Shown here in pieces: positions 1 through 9,073 of a DNA stretch of 64,000 nt; positions within the stretch are counted from its first letter, which is position 1, and every line of letters starts with the position of its first letter. The stretch is from positions 2,400,001 to 2,464,000 of the forward strand of contig CAXXVL010000002.1 of assembly GCA_963667845.2 (NCBI GenBank), given 5' to 3'. The position numbers were made by a program, and so were the translations under genes. The stretch is from Smithellaceae bacterium. GTDB taxonomy: Bacteria > Desulfobacterota > Syntrophia > Syntrophales > Smithellaceae. The notes beneath the pieces are model-generated. The model was not told the origin of the DNA, did not search any database, and worked only from the letters and a program-made list of their open reading frames with translations.

Positions 1-327
1 TTTGAAGATGCGTCGCCGGTCCCCACCCCCGGCGGGTGTTTTTCTGAAGAAGTCCCTGACGCTCATCACGCCCAGGTAAATCAGGATAAAACTTCCGATG
101 ACCCCCAGACCGATCTTCAGCGGCTCATTGTTGAGAAAAGCCGTCAATCCGAAGAAGATCAGCGTCAGATAGGTCGCATCCGCGCACATGGCTCCGGCGC
201 CCGTGAGCACGGCCTCCCGGAAGCCGGAAGCGAGACCCCGCTTGATGATTTCCACGTTGACGGGCCCGATCGGTGCGGCCAGGGTTAACCCGAGCAGAAT
301 GTTTTGCGTGAGTGTGTATTTTTCCAA
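1..327 (-). CDS. LysE/RhtB-family amino-acid exporter (3' part runs off window)
   Basis: Not in ORF track. Manual translation from TTG at 327 is open to base 1: MEKYTLTQNILLGLTLAAPIGPVNVEIIKRGLASGFREAVLTGAGAMCADATY..., the typical LysE N-terminus. Confidence 0.85.
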   Translation of the reverse strand, partial: MEKYTLTQNILLGLTLAAPIGPVNVEIIKRGLASGFREAVLTGAGAMCADATYLTLIFFGLTAFLNNEPLKIGLGVIGSFILIYLGVMSVRDFFRKTPAGGGDRRRIFK

Positions 328-419
328 TTTGGTTCAATCGCCGTTCAATGCCTTTTTATGATTGATTTTTTATAGCGATTGCAATAACGTTCGTCAATTA
401 TTTTTAAGGATGTATCCCT

Positions 420-2603
420 ATGAAATTTACCGCAGCACCCCTCCGTCGCGGATATGCCAATCAGATCCTGGCGATCAATTTAAAAAACGGCACAATCGAT
501 GCCCGGACGCTCGATCCGAAAACAAGAGACTTCTTCATCGGCGGCAGAGGGTTGGGGCTTTATCTGCTCCATGAACAGGTGACCGCTGAAACGAAGGCCT
601 ATGATCAGGAAAATCCGCTGATCTTTTCGCCGGGTCCGCTGGGCGGCATTCCCCAGTTTCCCGGGACGAGCAAATGCATGGCGATTTCGCTGTCGCCTTT
701 GACCCACATCCCCGGCGTGTCGAATTTCGGCGGCCATTTCGGCGCGTATCTGAAATATGCGGGATTCGATGCGCTCACCGTCAGCGGCATCGCCGGCGAA
801 CCCGTGATGATTGTCATCGATGGTTTCAAATCGACAGTGACCATCCGGCCGGCTCCGTCGGTCGAGCAGGTTTTCCACCTCGAGAAAATGATCGTCGATC
901 AGTTTCTCGCCGAAGGCTATGAAAAGAAGGATATCGCTTTTTTAACGACAGGCATCGGGGCCGCCAATACCACCTTCGGCTGCATCAACAGTCATTACTA
1001 TGACGCAACCAAACCGGTGAATGGGACGAAGGGACTATACCGCACCAAACAGGCGGGGCGCACCGGTCTGGGGTCGGTCATGAGTCATAAGAATATTACG
1101 GCGATTGTCGTGCTGGCTCAATTTCCGCACGGCGACAACCCGTATGGCGCAGCCGATTGGAACAAGGTGAAGAAAGCCGGCTCGACCCTGCACAATATCG
1201 TGAAGGATATCGATCCACAGGCGCTGCAAATGCACCTGAAGGGTTCGGCGGGTTTGATTTCTTTCATGAACAAGGAAGAATATCAGTCCCTGCCGGTGAA
1301 GAATTATCAGTACGGCTCAGATCCGCAGGCAGGAAAGATCTGCGGCAAGACCTATGGCGAACGGCTTTTTGAGCATCGCGGCATGGACGGCTGTTTTCCG
1401 GGATGCAATCTGCGCTGCACGAAGGGCGGCTGGGTGATGCTCACCTCGGGAGAGCACTGCGGACGCAAGGTTTGGGTGGACGGCCCCGAATATGAAACCG
1501 CCGCCGGGTTTGGTTCCAACCTGGGGATGTGGCATCCCGAGTTCATCATGGAAGCCAACTGGCATTGCGACAATTACGGCATCGATACCATCACCACCGC
1601 AGTCATCATGGCTTTTCTCATGGAATGCTACCAGCGTGGTTATCTGACAAAAGAAGATACGGACGGATTTGAGCTTCATTGGAGCGATGAGCAGACGGCG
1701 CTGCAATTTATTCATGACCTCGCCCGCCGCAAAACGGCTCTCACGAGTATCGCCGGCCTGGGAATGATCGAACTCATGACCTGGGTTGCCGAGAAGTACG
1801 CGGCCAGAACCGGCAAGCCTGCTCCTGTAAAAGAATTGCAGCAGTTTGCCATGCAGGTCAAAGGGCTGCCCTTTTCGCTGTACCGGACGCACCGGTCTTT
1901 GTCCATGCAGGCCTCCTATGCAGCGGCGAGCGACATCGGTGCGCATCATGCCGCCGCCTGGCTGGTTAAAGTCGATTTGCTGGGCGCTTTCCCGACCTTT
2001 GAGGCCAAGGCCAGGGCGCTCATTACCTATCCCCGTGTTCGCCTCGGCAATGACAACCTGGGCCTGTGCAAGCTGCCCTGGGTGGACGTTTTTAACCCCG
2101 AATCCATGAAGCGCGGCAATACCGACATCTATATCAATCCGGCGTCGCAGGAGCTTTATGCCGATTTTTACAACGGTGTGCTGGGGATGGATCTTTCCTG
2201 GGAGCAGATTTTTGAGCAGACCGACCGCGACATCAACCTGCAGCGCGTGATGAATGTTCTGTCCTTCGGCAAGACCACGGGCGAGCGGGATTGGATTCCC
2301 GACCGGGCGATCGGACCGACGGAAGATGCCCTCTACGATGCGGAAAAAGATTATAATGACAGCCAGCTTGCCGCCATTTTAGGCAAGCCCCTTCCGGATG
2401 TCCAGGCGATGGCCACGTCCGAAAAGCGCGACCTTCTGATGACACATCGGAAAAAGGAACTTAGAAAGTTGATCGATGTTTATTACGCCGAGCGCGGCTG
2501 GACGGACCGGGGCATTCCGAAACCGGACACCCTGAAACGGATCGGCCTTTGGGAATTTTTGAGCAAAGAGGCTCAAGAGAGAATCACCGGAATGAACGGC
2601 TGA
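420..2603 (+). CDS. Aldehyde:ferredoxin oxidoreductase (tungstopterin AOR) family protein
   Basis: 727 aa; FIGGRGLG, SPLT, GGHFG..LKYAGFDAL, AGRTGLGSVM, GPEYET, GIDTI motifs and a Cys cluster GCFPGCNLRC. Confidence 0.9.
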   Translation: MKFTAAPLRRGYANQILAINLKNGTIDARTLDPKTRDFFIGGRGLGLYLLHEQVTAETKAYDQENPLIFSPGPLGGIPQFPGTSKCMAISLSPLTHIPGVSNFGGHFGAYLKYAGFDALTVSGIAGEPVMIVIDGFKSTVTIRPAPSVEQVFHLEKMIVDQFLAEGYEKKDIAFLTTGIGAANTTFGCINSHYYDATKPVNGTKGLYRTKQAGRTGLGSVMSHKNITAIVVLAQFPHGDNPYGAADWNKVKKAGSTLHNIVKDIDPQALQMHLKGSAGLISFMNKEEYQSLPVKNYQYGSDPQAGKICGKTYGERLFEHRGMDGCFPGCNLRCTKGGWVMLTSGEHCGRKVWVDGPEYETAAGFGSNLGMWHPEFIMEANWHCDNYGIDTITTAVIMAFLMECYQRGYLTKEDTDGFELHWSDEQTALQFIHDLARRKTALTSIAGLGMIELMTWVAEKYAARTGKPAPVKELQQFAMQVKGLPFSLYRTHRSLSMQASYAAASDIGAHHAAAWLVKVDLLGAFPTFEAKARALITYPRVRLGNDNLGLCKLPWVDVFNPESMKRGNTDIYINPASQELYADFYNGVLGMDLSWEQIFEQTDRDINLQRVMNVLSFGKTTGERDWIPDRAIGPTEDALYDAEKDYNDSQLAAILGKPLPDVQAMATSEKRDLLMTHRKKELRKLIDVYYAERGWTDRGIPKPDTLKRIGLWEFLSKEAQERITGMNG

Positions 2604-2898
2604 CAATCAAATCGTGCTGCGCAAGATTCCCCGCACAAAAATTCGAATGCCGTCAACCCGTTTATTGATCCGTTCCCTTTTGTCCGGTCATAAGAAATCC
2701 GATCAGAAACTTAGTATTCTACGGGCGTCCCCTGCAGCCCTCCGCACACTCCTTGGTGTGTTTGCGAGTGTCACGCATGCGATCATTCCGGTGCTTTGTC
2801 CTTCAATATCCAACCTATCGCCCTCCTCTTTAGCCCAAATGTGGTTGTAAAATAGAGTGGTTTCTGTTACTTTTTAAACATATTACTTGGGGGCCGTC

Positions 2899-3228
2899 AT
2901 GGTAGATCACGAAGAGGTACCGCAGCAGGGGGAATTTGTCGTCGTTGTTGATGATGATCTTCAGGATCTTATTCCGGGATACCTCGAAGGGCGTCGGAAG
3001 GATATTGCTGCCATCCTCGCCGCCCTTGAACGGGATGACCTGGAATTGATCCGCACCATCGGGCATAAGATGAAAGGATCCGGCGGCGGCTACGGATTTG
3101 ACAGGATCACTGAAATCGGCCGGGGTATCGAGACGGCGGCAAAAGATTCTAACAGGCAGGACATCCTGGATGAGGCTAATGACCTGCGCGATTATCTGGA
3201 CCGCGTAAAGGTTGTTTTTCATCCGTAA
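2899..3228 (+). CDS. Stand-alone Hpt phosphotransfer protein
   Basis: IGHKMKGSGGGYGF matches the Hpt HxxKGxxG motif; ATG 2899 preferred over TTG 2887. Confidence 0.9.
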   Translation: MVDHEEVPQQGEFVVVVDDDLQDLIPGYLEGRRKDIAAILAALERDDLELIRTIGHKMKGSGGGYGFDRITEIGRGIETAAKDSNRQDILDEANDLRDYLDRVKVVFHP

Positions 3229-3310
3229 GTTGAAAATTGAAATATATCTGAACTCTGACTTAAAATGTAGTATCATTTGAAAGGCAGATTTGCTTTTGAA
3301 GGAGCAGAAA

Positions 3311-5494
3311 ATGTGCGCAAAACGATCTCACGAAGCTGTAATCCTATGTATCGACGATGACAATGAGGTCCTGAATCTGCTGAAAAGAATTCTGACGGGC
3401 GCCGGCTATTCAGTTGTGACAGCCGCAGATGGAAGACAGGGACTCATCGAAGCCCAGGACAGACAGCCGGACCTGATTCTGCTGGATGTCATGATGCCGG
3501 AGATGGATGGATATACGGTATGTTCGCAGTTGCAGGAGAACCCGGAAACAGATTATATCCCCGTGGTCTTCCTGACGGCCCTGGACGACGAAGTGAATCG
3601 GGCAAAGTCATTTGCCGTCGGCGCTGCGGATCACATCGCCAAGCCGGTCCGAAAAGACATTCTACTGGCCAAGATTAAAGAGCAGCTCAAAACAACGCTT
3701 CGCTGGCGGAAATTAAAGAAGAGGATCGCCTTACGGGCTGAAACGGTCCCCGCACCGGCGACTTTCTCCCAGTTCAAAAATGCGTTGATCGAATTGATTG
3801 CCCCCGCAGAAGAAATCCGGGATCTTTTGACCGAGACAAAACCACTCGAGATATACAATATTTGTGAACCGATGGGCATTCCCCAAAGGCAGATGACCGA
3901 ATGGATAGCCGATTTCCTGTCCTTACCCATGATTTCAAAGATTGATCCGGAACGTCTCCTGCTGGGGCTGATTCCCGTTTCTTTCGCCCGGAAAAATCAA
4001 GTTGTGGCAATACTCGATGAAAAATTCGGAAGGTCGTTCATCCTGTGCAACCCTTTTGATTGGAGTCTAACGGATGACCTGAAGAACTTGTTTGGTCTGA
4101 AGAAGGATACGGTCCTGTTTCTGGCAACTCCGGAAGATATCGATGCATTTTTCGAGCAACCGGAACAGGAGTCGGCAATGACCGTCGGGGCTCGCGTAAG
4201 GCGCCCCGGAGAGATCAAGACAGAACCGCTAGATAAGATATTCCTGGTGGAAGATTCCGATCTTCAAGAAGAAGAAGCGGATATTACACGCGAAATCGAT
4301 TCCGCAGTCATTGCCTTCATTAACAGGATTCTGGTCGATGCCTATACCAAGAGGGCCTCGGATATTCATTTCGACGCAGGAGTCCGGGGAAAGCCTTATG
4401 ATGTCCGTTTCCGGATAGACGGTATTTGTCAAATGGCTTACTCGATTCCCGAAAAGTCTAAAAAGGCCGTCGTATCGAGAATAAAGATCATCGCGAATCT
4501 GGATATCTCGGAACACCGAAAGCCGCAGAGCGGCAAATTCATGGTGCGCATTCGCGACGAGAAAGTTGAATTCCGGGTGGAAGTGACGCCTACGGTAGAC
4601 AATAATGAAAACATTGTTCTGAGAATTCTTGCCAAGTCCAAACCCGTTGCCATCGATCTGCTGGGACTCTCTCCTTATAACCACGATGCCTTTAAAAAAA
4701 TGATTACGAAGCCTCAGGGCGTCGTCCTCTGCGTGGGTCCCACCGGTTCAGGCAAAACGACGACCCTGCACTCGGCTCTCGGGCATATCAATAAACCCGA
4801 GATCACGATCTGGACCGCCGAAGATCCCGTCGAAATCAGACAAGCAGGACTCAAACAGGTGCAGATCAACACTAGAATCGGCTTCACCTTCGGCGAAGCG
4901 CTGCGTTCTTTCCTGAGAGCCGACCCCGACGTGATCATGATCGGTGAAATGCGTGACGCAGAAACGGCAAAGATTACCTTGGAAGCGTCTCTAACCGGAC
5001 ATCTGGTTTTCAGTACGCTCCATACGAATAGCGCAGCGGAAACGATTACCCGGATCATCGATATGGGGATACCCTTCTATAATTTTTCCAGTGCACTTCT
5101 GGGTATCGTTGCTCAGAGGTTGACGCGCCGGCTCTGCAGTGAATGCAAGAAACCTTATCATCCCGATCCTGAAGAGTATGAGAACCTGATCGAGTATTAC
5201 AATCCGATCTGGGCAAAAAAGCATGGACTGCCCGATTATTCCCCTGATCTGACCTTATGGAAGCGGCAAGGTTGTAGCCGCTGCGAGGGTCAAGGATATT
5301 ACGGCCGAATCGCGATTCACGAAATCATTGTGGCGTCGGATGCGATCAAGAAAGCCATTAGACAAAACCCTGATGTTGAGCATTTGATAGAGGTGGCCCT
5401 CATGGAGGGCATGAGGACGCTTCGGATGGATGGTGTCGCAAAAATCCTGGAAGGTATCACCGATTTCGAGCAAGTGTCCAGAGTCTGCCTATAG
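3311..5494 (+). CDS. Receiver (REC) domain fused to GspE/PilB-family secretion ATPase
   Basis: REC motifs IDDD, LLDVMMP, FLTA, AKP; ATPase motifs ASDIH, GPTGSGKTT, AEDPVE, LRADPDVIMIGEMRD, TGHLVFSTLHTN and CxxC..CxxC; AAGGAG precedes ATG 3311. Confidence 0.9.
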   Translation: MCAKRSHEAVILCIDDDNEVLNLLKRILTGAGYSVVTAADGRQGLIEAQDRQPDLILLDVMMPEMDGYTVCSQLQENPETDYIPVVFLTALDDEVNRAKSFAVGAADHIAKPVRKDILLAKIKEQLKTTLRWRKLKKRIALRAETVPAPATFSQFKNALIELIAPAEEIRDLLTETKPLEIYNICEPMGIPQRQMTEWIADFLSLPMISKIDPERLLLGLIPVSFARKNQVVAILDEKFGRSFILCNPFDWSLTDDLKNLFGLKKDTVLFLATPEDIDAFFEQPEQESAMTVGARVRRPGEIKTEPLDKIFLVEDSDLQEEEADITREIDSAVIAFINRILVDAYTKRASDIHFDAGVRGKPYDVRFRIDGICQMAYSIPEKSKKAVVSRIKIIANLDISEHRKPQSGKFMVRIRDEKVEFRVEVTPTVDNNENIVLRILAKSKPVAIDLLGLSPYNHDAFKKMITKPQGVVLCVGPTGSGKTTTLHSALGHINKPEITIWTAEDPVEIRQAGLKQVQINTRIGFTFGEALRSFLRADPDVIMIGEMRDAETAKITLEASLTGHLVFSTLHTNSAAETITRIIDMGIPFYNFSSALLGIVAQRLTRRLCSECKKPYHPDPEEYENLIEYYNPIWAKKHGLPDYSPDLTLWKRQGCSRCEGQGYYGRIAIHEIIVASDAIKKAIRQNPDVEHLIEVALMEGMRTLRMDGVAKILEGITDFEQVSRVCL

Positions 5495-5534
5495 GGACCC
5501 GGATGAGCCGGGAATGCCTGGGTTTACCGTACTA

Positions 5535-8500
5535 TCAAGCAGACAGGATTTTGTTTCGGTAGTTTTGCAGGGCGGCGAGAAACTCCTGCTTCCTGATCGG
5601 TTTGGCCAGGTGTCCGTCGCATCCGGCATCAATGCTCTTCTGTTCATCTTTCTGTAAAGCATGGGCGGTCAGAGCGATGACGACGACGGGTTTACGATCG
5701 TTCTGTTTCTCCCAGTTCCTGATATGCCTGGTTGCCGTGTAGCCATCCATCACCGGCATCTGGACGTCCATAAAAATAAGATCAAAAACCGCACCCTCCC
5801 TGATTTTTGCTACCGCTTCCTGTCCGTTCTCCGCGATATCCACGGTATGGGGAAGCTTCTTGAGATAGGCTAAGATTAAAAGGCGATTGTCTTCATTGTC
5901 CTCAACAAGCAGAATATGGAGGGGACGCTCCGTGCCGCTTTCGGCCGCTGTTTTCTCCGGGGTTTGCTCTTCTTCTGCGCCGGGCAGGGGCATTCGGCTG
6001 TATCTTTCCAGGTTGACTGTAAAATAGAAAGTGCTGCCCGATCCTTCTGTGCTTTCGACCCAGATCGTTCCATTCATTTGCAATACCAGTTGCTGGCAGA
6101 TGGCTAAACCGAGACCGGTGCCCTCGAATTTGCGGGACAGGGACGAATCCACCTGACTGAATTTGTTGAATACCGTTTCGAGCATTTGGGGGGGAATGCC
6201 GATACCTGTATCCCTGATTGCAAAGGTGAGGCAGACCGTGTCGGATGATTGATCATATCCGGCGGATATTTTGCTTACGGTCTTTTCGACAGCAATATGG
6301 ACACTTCCGGCATTTGTAAATTTAAAAGCATTGCCGACGAGATTGACCAGGATCTGCCTCAGCTTGTCCGGGTCACCTGAAAACTTATCGTCAATACCCG
6401 GCGCGATGGTCCAGGAGAAGGCAATCTTCTTTTCTTCAGCTTTGACACTCATCATGTCCACAATGCCTTTCAGCAGATCATAGAGGGAAAAGGGGATAGT
6501 TTGGAGAGACGACTGTCCGGCTTCGATTTTGGAAAGGTCCAGAATGTTATTGATGAGATTGAGGAGCTTTTCGCCGGCGTAACGGAAAATATGAACGTAC
6601 CGACGCTGCTCCGCAGTGAGAGAAGTGTCCCATAGCAGATCAGCCATGCCGATGATGGCGTTCATCGGTGTGCGTATTTCATGACTCATGCTTGCCAGAA
6701 AGTCGGATTTGGCGGCGTTGGCAATCTCGGCTTGAGCCGCCATTTCCTTGGCAAAGAAGGTCTGCTGCGCGAGCGCCGTGTTCATCTGTTGAAGTTCTTC
6801 TTCTGCCCGCTTGCGGTCCGTGATGTCGCGGCTGATGCCGAGCACGCCGATCAACATTCCGTCCGGTCCCAAATAAGGTGTTTTGAGTGTATCGAACAGC
6901 TTTTTCACGCCGTCGGGATAAGTGATCCATTCCTCGTTTTGCCGCGACTGGCGCAACGCCAGCATTTTCCGGTCATGTTCCCTGAAAGAGTCGGCAACGT
7001 CTTTATCGAAAAGGTCGTAGTCTGTTTTGCCGATGATTTCTTCTCTTGACCGTCCGACAAACTCGCAAAAGGGAGGGTTACAGCCCAAATAAACACCGTG
7101 GATATCCTTGAAGAAGATGCGGTCGGGGATGGAATCAAGCAGGGAATGGATTAGACTCATCTGTCGTTTGAGTTCCTCTTCCGCTTGTTTACGTTCAGTG
7201 ATATCTTCTTTTACCGCGATAAAATTTATGATTTTGCCCCGCTTATCGGTTAGAGGTGATATAGAGGCATTCTCCCAGAATAAATCGCCGCTCTTTTTCT
7301 TGTTATGAAATTCTCCCTTCCATGTTTTACCGGAGGTGATGGTCTGCCAAAGTTGCTGGTAATTTTCCGGATGTGTCTCGCCCGATTTTAGAATACGGGG
7401 ATTCTGGCCAACGACTTGATCATAAGTATAGCCGGTGATTTCCGTAAATTTCGGGTTGACATAGGTGATATTTCCCGCTGGATCAGTTATGACAACGGAG
7501 GCGGGACTGGCTTCCGTAGCCTGTGACATATTACGCAAGGACTCCTCGATCCTCCTGCGCTCCGTGATGTCGACAAATGTTACCACTGCGCCGTACACCT
7601 CGCCGCTTACTATTTGCGGATGAGACCAGTATTCCACCGGGAAACTGGTGCCGTCAGCCTTCCAGAGAACTTCATCGTCAACATGCACCCCCCTGCCTTC
7701 ACGAAATGCCGTGTGTATTTTGCATTCTTCAACGGGCAGCGGATTCCCGTTGGCGTGGGAATGATGAATCAGCCGGTGCATGTTTTTGCCGAGCACTTGT
7801 CCCGCTTCCGCGTAGCCGAGCATGCTGAGGCAGGAAGGATTGGCAAAGGTACAGTTGCCCGAGAGATCAATACCATATATCGCTTCTGCGGTTGAATTGA
7901 GCAGCAGACGCACTTGCTCTTCGCTCTTCCTTAACGCCCCCTGAATAGCTCTGTGCTCGATTATTTCCTCTTTCAATTCCAATTCCAGCCGCTCACTGTT
8001 CAAGATGAAAAAGCAAAGCGTCCAGGGAATGCTCAGGAATATCGGTATCAGAAAGGCAAGCGTCTGGATAAAATTCAGGTTAAAGACCTCGTGTTGATCG
8101 GGCATGGAGGCGACAAAGACGGCGCGGGCAACCATGAACAGACCGTAAAACGCAAAAAATGAGCCGGCCAGCCAGTAAGTAGGCCGCCTGGCAGACGGAA
8201 GATCATGAAACAGCGACCAGGCTACCGATCCGAAAGCCACGGCAAGAAGAAGAGACGTGATAACGATGCGGGGTATGACGAGGTTATCCGCAAAACGGAA
8301 ACACAAAATCGTGACAGCCATGAGAGCGATAAAAACGGCGCCGATGATCTTATGGCTGCGCAATCTTCGAAAACGTTGCGTCCCTTCATGGTATAAGACC
8401 GCGGCGCCTGCAATGAGGAGATTGGTCAGCAGGATGGAAACGAATTCCGGAATGGTGCCGCGCAGGCCAAAGAAAAAAAAGGCTGACGTAAAGGCCAGGT

Positions 8501-8639
8501 TGCCGGCGATCCAAAGACCGAAGCCGGGATATGTCTTCCGCGTCAGCAAGATCAGGAGCATGGCTAAGCATAATAAGACGGAGGCCACCATCGAGATGAT
8601 CATCAGCGAGTGGATATCGATGAAAGAAGAAGACATCAT
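5535..8639 (-). CDS. Multi-TM, three-PAS hybrid sensor histidine kinase with C-terminal REC
   Basis: Hydrophobic N-terminus, three PAS/PAC repeats ending DITER/DITDR, H-box SHEIRTPMNAI, N/G boxes, REC DLIFMDVQMP. Confidence 0.95.
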   Translation of the reverse strand: MMSSSFIDIHSLMIISMVASVLLCLAMLLILLTRKTYPGFGLWIAGNLAFTSAFFFFGLRGTIPEFVSILLTNLLIAGAAVLYHEGTQRFRRLRSHKIIGAVFIALMAVTILCFRFADNLVIPRIVITSLLLAVAFGSVAWSLFHDLPSARRPTYWLAGSFFAFYGLFMVARAVFVASMPDQHEVFNLNFIQTLAFLIPIFLSIPWTLCFFILNSERLELELKEEIIEHRAIQGALRKSEEQVRLLLNSTAEAIYGIDLSGNCTFANPSCLSMLGYAEAGQVLGKNMHRLIHHSHANGNPLPVEECKIHTAFREGRGVHVDDEVLWKADGTSFPVEYWSHPQIVSGEVYGAVVTFVDITERRRIEESLRNMSQATEASPASVVITDPAGNITYVNPKFTEITGYTYDQVVGQNPRILKSGETHPENYQQLWQTITSGKTWKGEFHNKKKSGDLFWENASISPLTDKRGKIINFIAVKEDITERKQAEEELKRQMSLIHSLLDSIPDRIFFKDIHGVYLGCNPPFCEFVGRSREEIIGKTDYDLFDKDVADSFREHDRKMLALRQSRQNEEWITYPDGVKKLFDTLKTPYLGPDGMLIGVLGISRDITDRKRAEEELQQMNTALAQQTFFAKEMAAQAEIANAAKSDFLASMSHEIRTPMNAIIGMADLLWDTSLTAEQRRYVHIFRYAGEKLLNLINNILDLSKIEAGQSSLQTIPFSLYDLLKGIVDMMSVKAEEKKIAFSWTIAPGIDDKFSGDPDKLRQILVNLVGNAFKFTNAGSVHIAVEKTVSKISAGYDQSSDTVCLTFAIRDTGIGIPPQMLETVFNKFSQVDSSLSRKFEGTGLGLAICQQLVLQMNGTIWVESTEGSGSTFYFTVNLERYSRMPLPGAEEEQTPEKTAAESGTERPLHILLVEDNEDNRLLILAYLKKLPHTVDIAENGQEAVAKIREGAVFDLIFMDVQMPVMDGYTATRHIRNWEKQNDRKPVVVIALTAHALQKDEQKSIDAGCDGHLAKPIRKQEFLAALQNYRNKILSA

Positions 8640-9073
8640 AGCCTATTCTCCGGTTTAAGGGTGATTGCATACGCAATGGGGAACATTACAGGATGTCCCC
8701 ATCAGCAGACAAACACTTATTTCCGCGATCCATACCGTGCACTTACCCGTGCATCGAAAAAAGAAAATTTTGATTCCGTTGCCGGTCGATAGCAGATTAT
8801 ATCGTCCCTAAGCTGTTCCACGCGACACCGATGAATGGTCGTTTCCGGTGGAGCAGCAAAGAGCGCTGCGATCGGCTTTAGCGTCCTATTAAAAATGTTT
8901 TGAATAACGCCGGCCTTTCCATCCCGTTTTCAGGGTATATCATAAAACCTTCAGACAATTAAGGCTTCAATCGTTCGAAGCAAACGACGGAATCCGTGCT
9001 TCGCTCTCGGCTTTCAAAGAGCAAGATACATCTCGCTGATCTCGAAAACCGGATGAAGAGACCCCGTTGGTCC

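Noticed and set aside
8965..9010. ATCGTTC..GACGGAA as a glutamine riboswitch
   Set aside because: The closing GAAGGAACG-type strand is absent and there is no downstream plus-strand gene
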